Assembly (NCBI GenBank): GCA_051294375.1
Contig: CM119266.1
Location: 8,022,606-8,086,605, forward strand
Direction: 5' to 3'
Origin: Paraspadella gotoi
Lineage: Eukaryota > Animalia > Chaetognatha
DNA: 64,000 nt
Position numbers and translations under genes: made by a program. Below, piece by piece: positions 17,696-64,000 of this stretch; position 1 is the stretch's first letter, and every line of letters starts with the position of its first letter. The notes beneath the pieces are model-generated. The model did no database searches and was not told the DNA's origin. It was given only the letters and a program-made list of their open reading frames with translations.

Positions 17696-20124
17696 CGTTG
17701 ATGACGACAGCAACCACGACGAAAGAATATGCAAAGCAGACTTCTTTGTTACCTCGCTTTGAACGTTTCAAACAAAAGACAAAAAGAATAACGTAAGTTA
17801 AAACAACTTCAATCTTAAAATGAGAAAGTGAACAATCAAAGCAGAAGCTGGCAGTAAAGGCTACAATTTACATCAAGAGCGAAATCGACAGGAAAACGAG
17901 TCAACAGTAGTCTTTATTAGATTTTGCAGTTCTTCAAAATTTTACATTGAAAGGTTCAATGTATCAATGTATCAAAACACGAAGTAGTCGTAAACTTTAA
18001 TAAAGGTGTTTATTTCTTCCCACGTTATTAATAAAATTAAATTTCCCACTAGGTCCTCCAATTAGGCTTTTATTAGGTGATTTTAAGCACATGTACCTAT
18101 TTTGTACGAATTATATTAAATGAAATATTACTCAGATAAAATGAAGTTTATTGAGTAAAGTTATGAAAAAGACTGCAACGTTATTTTTTTTCGGAGAAAA
18201 AGGCTCTGAAAATTTTAATTTGTTCAGTCAGTTTCACCTTTTTACTATGCAAAAAAATTTAATATTACTCTATACCCCATATATTAATCTTTTAATATTT
18301 ATTTATAAATAGGAAAGGCTAATTTTTTTTATTTTTAAAATCAGATTCAGGAAGCTTGTAAAAAGTTGTCCACACAAAGTATAATTCTTTTCTCGATATT
18401 TTGATCAAAACTGGGTGATAAATATTTTGATAATTTTATTACTTTTTATTAATTTTGACCAAGAAAGCATAAGAATTTTTGAAAGTCGTCGTTATATTTT
18501 TTATTTATCTTTTTATGCTCTATCAGAATCCATCAAAAAAGTTAGGATTGATTAAAACTTTTTTATCATTATACTATTGTAATTTTGATAGCATTAAAAT
18601 CGAACTTTTTTAAAAATTCTCTTTTTACCTAAAAGTAGACTTCAAGATTAAAGTTGTGAAGCCCCGCTCCTATTGAATTTGATTTTATAGTAGATTAAAA
18701 CTTAAAATATGACTTGGATCAGTCCAAGAATAGATATAACCTTTATTTTAGGGGAAAAAATTAATATACCGAATTGTGAAGCCGTGAACTGTGCTCTGTG
18801 CACTGAGCAACGCAATTTTTACCAACCATTTATTTTTTTAGGTGAAAACAAGTTGTCCCTTTTTCGCGAGAGAGACAAAGAAGCAAAAACCAAAATCGAG
18901 CAAGCTTATTTAGAAAAAAAAATTGAAGTATCAAAAAATAAAACAAACACTGGAGACTCGATAAAAAAAGGTTTTTCCAATTTTTAACAAAATTAACATT
19001 TCGCTATGTGAGACAGAAAAGTCAAAAATGATTATTAATCATTTCCTTTTTGATTTATTTTTAATAAAATCTCAAATCCAGCTGCGAGTTTTCCGATCTC
19101 TCTTCCTCCCGCTGCTCACCTTCTCCTCCTTCTTTATGCATTTTGCATAAATCTTCGTCATCTTCTGGGAGAGCGCTGACTTAATGTAATTCAACCTTTG
19201 TCCTAAGTTTTCTCCAAGTCCTCATGGGAAATGAAGAAAGAGAGAGACGTAGAGAGGAGAGAGAGAGGGGTGGGGAAGAGAGAATCTGAGAGGAGAGAAA
19301 GAGAAGAAAGTGTAATGAAAAAGAATGAAGGCCATAAAACAGTTTTATTGATTCGATATTTTTTTGGGTGGAAAAGCTGATCAGATGAAATCTACGCTTT
19401 CGTCGGAAGCCGTAATTTAATCTGGAAAGAATAATGCTTATTATAAGAGTTTAACAGAATTATTCTCGAAAACGAGGCTTACTCAGGATTCCTGACGAAT
19501 ACCTAACTACCTAACTACCTAACTAATAACTAGTAATATCTCGAAATAAAATGGGACATGAGGTCGGGTACGTTTAATCCCGTTGTCGCCGCTTCAGTTG
19601 GTCATAAAAAATATGTTCGTTCTCATTAATCATGGTGATTTATCTTAGTCTTTCTAAGTGATATTTCCTTCTGATTAATCATCAAATGAAAGATCTTTCG
19701 CTTCACTTTCTCTATAATTTTTATTTTTATTTCCTTTCTCTTTTTTATACCCTTTCTCTTTCCCTACTTTGGTCTTGTGGAAAAACACCACAACCAAAAC
19801 TCAAGATAAAAAAACGCATTGCTTTCCCGAGTTACTTTCAAAAAAAGAGAGAAGTTTTCTTCAGCTTTGGTTTTTATTACTTAAAAATCACGAATACAAA
19901 TATACAATGACGATGAGGGAGCGGGGTAAAATTATGACAGATTCACTTGGATGACTAGTTTTTTTTATAAATTAACGAGAAACGTTGATGGAGAAGGATC
20001 TCTTTGCATTTAGTTAAATATTACAAAAACCGGTGCGATATTTGGCTCTTGTCCAAAGTCTGGACGTTTAATATAGTAATTATAAGTAATGACAGACAGT
20101 CATCCTGTCCGCGCTTTTCTTTTC

Positions 20125-58076
<37,952 letters not shown>

Positions 58077-61000
58077 CTGAGGTGGGGAAGGGGTGAGGAG
58101 AAGGATGGGTGAGGTAAAGATGAGGGTCTTTAAAGGTAACCAAATCACTCTCTTTACTCTTTTTCCAAGCTTTGCGTCAAAGGAGTAAATATTTCTCCTG
58201 ACGTGTATTTTGAGACAGAATAAACGCCCCCCAGGAAAAAAAATAGGAAAAACGTTATTTTAAAAAGAAATAAAAACGTTACGAATATTTAAGGAAAACA
58301 AGACGATAGATTTTGATGAAAAAAAGGAAAAAAACAGGAAAGAGACGTTAAACCGGGTCACGTGACCACCCGCGGCCCAATTCCGAGAAAATTAAAGCGG
58401 CGAATATCTCGAACGAATTATTAAGGGGAGACCGGAAAGTTTTAAGGGAAAGATTAAAAGTTAGGAAAATATTTGCTTTAAAAAAATTAAGAGGAAATTG
58501 GCTTTTTGACTTTCTTTATACGTATATTGAGCGAGGTCGACTGGCGATGGTGGACAGTTGGAGAGTAGAGATCGGAAAGGAGAGTAGTAGAGAAAGAAAT
58601 TTAAAAGATGAACAGAATGGACTAAGGGATGAGGTTGATGAGTACAGCATAAAATCACAGAAAGAAGAAAAAATAAATGAGAGTGAGGAATGAAAACCAG
58701 GTTTGCGCCAAGTAAATACAAATACAAATACAAATGGGCGATCAAAGTAGAAAGATCGACCCCGATTTGAAAACTCGTTAACCCGACGCTATAAAAAAAA
58801 GAAAAAAGAAACCCACGCGATTTTCTCTTTTAATTCTTTTTGATGGTTTAAAGATTAGGACGGCATCCCAGGAAACATCCTTTAAGCCTTCGGGTACCTT
58901 TGGGGTTCTTTTGTTTTGTTTTTGTTGTTTTTTTTATTCTTTAATTTAGCCAACAAACAAGGGGGAAAAAGAAAAAAAGAGATCCAATTTTTTTACAGTG
59001 ACCTCCCGCCCTGCCCCCCTCAGCGAAGAGGAGAAAATAAGCAAAGAAAACTAGACCACGAATTTAATTTTTAAAAAAATAAAAAAATAGAAAAAATAAA
59101 ATTTGTCTTTCGAGATGAATTAATTTTATTTTATCTTCTTGCTTTTTCCCAGGACATTCTTTGACACCCCACCCATCACCTGACGTACATACAACTTATG
59201 TTAACAAGATCCAGGGAGAGACGGCATTTTCATTAACCCCCTTACAACAAAACTTTTAATGACATCATGTTTTTTTAATTTTTTACTGACAGTTTAAAAT
59301 AAAAAAGAATTCCTCATTTTAAACAAGAACATGCTCTACATTTTTTATTTAATATAATGGTAGCGTAGTTGGCATTCTGGATGAGTATAATTTGTCCTAC
59401 ATCTGCGTCAGATGTCGGTACCGTATCCCCGGTTCGACTGGGCGGAGTCAGCCGCAGTCCGCGAAGAGGAGAAAAAAATCGTGGCATTCATTAAATAAAA
59501 CCATAATCGTTGGGGGCAGAGGAGGTTAAAGGGCGTTTAAGGGGATTTTTTAAGAGGAACGAGAAGATGAAAAGAGTAAAAAATTATTAATAAATGATAG
59601 AGAATTTATAGGCAAGTGTAAACCGCTACAATATTAAAAGAGTTATGAAGAGGTCGGTGGTGGAAGAGGATTTGGCATCCGGCGCCGAAGAGTCCCTCAT
59701 TCCGTCGACTGAATTCGTGCACGAAGTGAAGAGGCCGCCCAAAACCCCGTAGCCGCCTCGGCCGCTTCGGCCGCCCTCAACCGGCCAAGGTCGAGTCCGT
59801 GAAAAAGAAAAAGCAAAAACAGGAAAGGAAAATAGAAAAAAAGAAATATTGCGCTGACGACGGTGATTCCCGAAATTAAAGAACAAGGGATTTCCTTAAC
59901 GTAAGAGAAGATAGAGATAGAGTCGTGAAAAGAAGGAGAGAGAGGTAATGACGGAGCGCCGGGCGAACTTCGAGGCCGCCGATACCTTCAGTCAGGGTTG
60001 AAAACTCCTTGGAAAAGAAAAGAATGAAGACCGAATCTTAGTTTTCAAGGACGAGAGAGGAGGGAGGGAGCTAAGAGGTAAGAAGTGGAAGAAAGGGGGG
60101 GTAAGGTCGGGATCCCCTAGTTTACATTCTTTAAGGGAAACCATGAATCTCTTTAGCTTTCGAGTCCAAAACTCAAACAAAAGATCAGATTTAAAGGTCG
60201 ACCTTCTCCCCTTTAATCCTCTTCAAACGCCGACTTTTTACGTTTTTACATTTTTTACGGATGTTCGACCCGAGTAAATTTGACGCGAGGCTATAATAAA
60301 ACGGTCGAAGGAAAGAAGCCTCTGACTTTTGGGTTCGGGTTGTAAAGACTTTTCTGGTTTCGAAACCATTTTGCAAGGCCTAGAGTTGACTGACGAAGGT
60401 GTAACGAGGATAAAAAAACGGCAAATGAAAACATTTAATCAGTAAATCAGGACCTTAATAAATAAAATATGTTACACAAATAACCAAATGGGGAAATGTT
60501 CAAAGCAAGTCAACTGAATCTCGAAGAATTAACGATTGGGATCAACGACCGGAGACCCAAGTTTATTTCTTCCCGAATCCGAACTGAAATCAAACTTTTG
60601 ACGAACGCGAAAAAACGGGATCCCCGGGGCTCTTGATCTTGATGCGCCGCCGACGCCGGCTCGCTCTATCGAACTGACTTTATGCGACAATTTTATTTCA
60701 TTTTTTTATTTAATATAAAATATCAAAGTTGGCGCAGGCGAATATCATCACGCGAAGTCACATCACATTACGATGACATAAACTGATAAAGTTGATGAAA
60801 TGAGTTTTATTCTTCCCCTCTTTTTGTTATTCCCCTTTTCCTGCCAATCCAGATAAATAATCCTCCGAAAGCATCCCTTTCTCCAAAAAATAGGTCACTG
60901 CCCCAACTTCCCTCTTCTTTACCATATAAACACTCATTACCCACTCTTTATTTCCCCATCTCTCCCACCCTCTGAAATGGGTCACCGACTGACCTCGAAT

Positions 61001-61359
61001 CCGCGGAAAAGTTTTCTCGCTCACTAGTTTCTCCATACATAGTTTTCCTCCAAAAGACGGTTCCTTAACCCCATCTCTTTCCCTATTCCTACACGAATCC
61101 CTGCTTTTCACCCTTTCTCCGCACCCTCCAACTCTTGCTTCGCCCACCAAATCTTCCCGCAACCCTCAGACTTCTCTTCTCAATTGCGACCCACAAAAAA
61201 GTGTTTAACGATTTTGTTTCGTCTAAAAATCCCTGTCGCCGGAAGTAAAGTGTCTCGTCAACGGATTGCACGACTATGTGAGTCCCATTGCGCCAGTAGG
61301 TCTCGGCCTAATCTCCGACTTCATCGAAGGCCGGCGCGACCAACTCTCCTCACGACCAC

Positions 61360-61500
61360 CGGATTGATTGACAGCCACGCGGATAATTGGAGGAACGGAA
61401 TGTTTCGTCGTCGTCGTTGCGGTCGTCGTTGGCCACCGAACGACGATAAAACCATTAATAACGAAGCGCATAATGGCCGCGCGGTTATGAGCCAAGATCT
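61360..61500. promoter_or_regulatory. Candidate enhancer with PBX/MEIS and homeodomain sites
   Basis: TGATTGACAG (61365-61374), TAATTGG, CCATTAAT and CATAATGG in a GC-richer island; ETS-like CCGGAAGT near 61239. Confidence 0.3.
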
Positions 61501-62726
61501 GAGATTGTTAAACGCCAGAGATTGTGGCGGTAAATAGAAGAGTCCCTTCACACCTCTCGTGATATACAATGTCACTTTCGACTCCTCATTTTATCTTAGA
61601 TTTTCCACGAGTAAATAAAAATAATAATTTACGTTCTTCAATCATATTCTTATCCAAGACATCACAAAACTTTACTTTTTTAGCCGCCAAGTCTAATAAA
61701 ACTAGCTTATCCCCGTGATATTAACCTGATCTTTGACAGCACGACAACATTTACCTTTTAATCCCTATTTAAATCTAATGCCTTAAATTCCGTACGACAT
61801 TCTCCGCTCCTTCCCTTCTTCCTAAAATCAGCTGCTGGACCTTTTTCATCGAAAACTAAGAGATTTACTAATTTACACTAAGAATTTTTGAAATTTTTCC
61901 TCTTTGCCAATATTTTTTTTATTTGAAACCCGAGGGATAAGGCTGGATTTTTTTCCCCGAGTACAAATAGTGGCCATAAGATTACAACCCCGTCCCATTA
62001 TTTGCAGTTTGGGTTATTATTCTCCCGAATTGTAATGAGTTTTCTTCTTCAGTCTTGTAATTTGAAATTTTTTTGTAAGATTGTCTATTGTGGCTGAATA
62101 AATGTTAACTGTAATATTTTTTCAATTATATATTTTTTTTGATATTTCAACTAAGATAAGTATTGTATTGAATCGACATTATGAGATATCCTGTGAAACT
62201 TCTTCATTCCTCAACCGTCGCTTCAATTACATTTTAAATCTTGACAATTACGATGACGACGATAACGATGAAAGAGACGACGACCACGACGCCGATAGGT
62301 TTGTGCGGATGACCGAGAGTAGCCTTTCGCCGACTTTCGAGGATACAGTGGTCGGCTGGGGGAGCGAAAGATGAAGAGATAGAGGGGGAGAGAGACAGTG
62401 TGCGTTTGAGATAAATCTGACTTTCGCGTTGACCAACGCGACCCTAGGAAAAACATCGCTCCTCGAGGAGGAAGAAGAGGAGGAGGCGAAGGATGAGGAG
62501 GAAAAAATAACTCGAGGCGAAATTGACTCGCGACCGAATTTCGAGTTTTTCTCTCTCGCGTTTGAAATGTATTGGCGCGGAAAAGAAAAGCGAAAACAAG
62601 AGGCTCTTGTCAAAACAATCGGGAGATAGAGAGAGAGACAGTGAGACCGAGGGAGAGATGGATGGGCTGTAAGATCGCGACATAGACGATCGCACCCAAC
62701 GTCCGTTTCGCGGGGGTGAAAGTGAA

Positions 62727-62813
<87 letters not shown>

Positions 62814-62814
62814 C

Positions 62815-62849
<35 letters not shown>

Positions 62850-63070
62850 TCTCGCGTCGTCGTCCTCTTTTTCGTCGTCGCTCTCATCGTCGTCATTTCC
62901 ATTGATTTTCGCGTTCGATGGTGAAAACTTTTTTTTTTCGCGCTGATAAAAAACGAAGATATTTTTTCCTTTTTTTCCTACCAAAAATAAAAATTTAAAA
63001 CGAACAGAAGAAGAAAATTAAATAAAAACTTAATAAAAAAGACAAGGAAAAACGCTTCTTATTAAAAACG

Positions 63071-64000
63071 ATGATTTCGTTTCTTTTCTCCGCGAAATCG
63101 CGACTTTTTTTTCTTCTTTACTTTTTCGTCATCGGAAAATCGAATTCGGACGTCGAAATCTCCAAGGACGTCAACGACGGAAGCGACAACATCAACGACA
63201 GAATCGCTGCAGAAGTACAGCGCGATTCCATATCAGGTAGGATAATGTGAGCTTTCAAATAAAATTTCCTTTGAGGAGCGCATTTCATAAAAAAAGCATC
63301 AAACCGAGTGGAAAGCCCATTGTACTAAAACGCTTTTTCGAAGAAAAAAAAAGATAAGCCTAAAAAAACTTCAAAATTAAATCATTAAAACATTTTTTTA
63401 TCTTGCAAGTAAATAAAAAAAAATAATCGAAACCAATAAAAATAGTCGCATTCCCTATTTTTCCATTCAACTCTCTCCTTACCCTGCTTCACCTCACCTT
63501 GATCTCATCCACCACCGGATTAGGCTCCCGTCTCGGCGACAGATTCGGCGTCGATTTCGACAACTACGACGCCGACGTCGTCGCCGCCGCGATCGACATC
63601 TATGGCGACGAATATGACGCGCCGACGCCTGGCGACAACGAAGACCGAGTCGTCGGCGCCGGGGCCGTCTCGAGCCGCACGGAAGACGCCGGCGCCGCCG
63701 AGGGAATTCCTCCCGGTCTCGGATCGGGGAGAAGCCGGGACAACGATGTTATCGAGGGAAAAAGAGGGGCGCCGCCGGCGTCGCCCGAGGAAGATGAGGA
63801 GGAAGAGGCGCGGCGCCTGAGGGAGCATTTCATGAAGATGCGATTGGCGCTGCAGCAGCGGGGAGAGTTGGAGCGACTGCGTCAACGGGCAGAGATAGAG
63901 CGTCAAAAGCGAATTCGGGGGTCTTCGCAGGCGGCGCCGCCCAGAAAGCGGTCAGGCGGCGCCGGTGGTGGCGGAAACCAAAATCGTCGCTTTCCTAAAT
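63071..64000 (+). CDS. Secreted precursor-like protein, 3' truncated, antisense within the presumed large HYDIN intron
   Basis: Exon 63071-63236 (MISFLFSAKSRLFFLLYFFVIGKSNSDVEISK...DSISG) splices in phase 1 to 63524-64000, open to the window edge (SRLGDRFGVDFDNYDAD...IEGKR...EEEEARRLREHFMKMRLALQQRGELERLRQRAEIERQKR...PRKRS...). Confidence 0.7.

Noticed and set aside
17950-19100. AT-rich tract with a 92-aa ORF, possible TE remnant
   Set aside because: No TIRs, TSD or recognisable domain could be delimited.
59420-59475. HDV-like ribozyme tail GCGAAGAGGAG
   Set aside because: No upstream P2 partner or P1/P3 pairing found.
63520-63906. Minus-strand ORFs as upstream HYDIN exons
   Set aside because: No HYDIN-like sequence; the + frame is open, spliceable and has better codon usage.

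Overview
Eukaryotic (bilaterian invertebrate-like) genomic DNA with GC-rich exons and short AT-rich or (CT/AG)n introns; no prokaryotic features, and most ORFs in the supplied track are microsatellite or antisense shadows. Main content, all exon models built by hand from splice signals and codon phase: (1) a myosuppressin/dmsr-type class A peptide GPCR (+, 6374-11560, start not found); (2) a complete 8-exon, 317-aa chymotrypsin-like serine protease (-, 12549-17695); (3) most of a HYDIN gene (-, 20125 to >58076, N-terminus outside the window); (4) eight intronic tRNA genes (5 near-identical Glu, plus His, Tyr with intron, Ser). Less expected: HYDIN carries a second, phase-consistent layer of cassette, micro and mutually exclusive exons adding more than 1000 aa of Lys/Gly-, Asp/Glu- and Asn/Gln-rich disordered sequence; two antisense genes are nested in HYDIN introns (a 71-aa membrane micropeptide and a secreted precursor); and a CACAGTG-bounded, RSS/Transib-like element with a CGNCG target duplication is nested in a hAT-like element at the window start. 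None of this is confirmed by transcripts or database searches.
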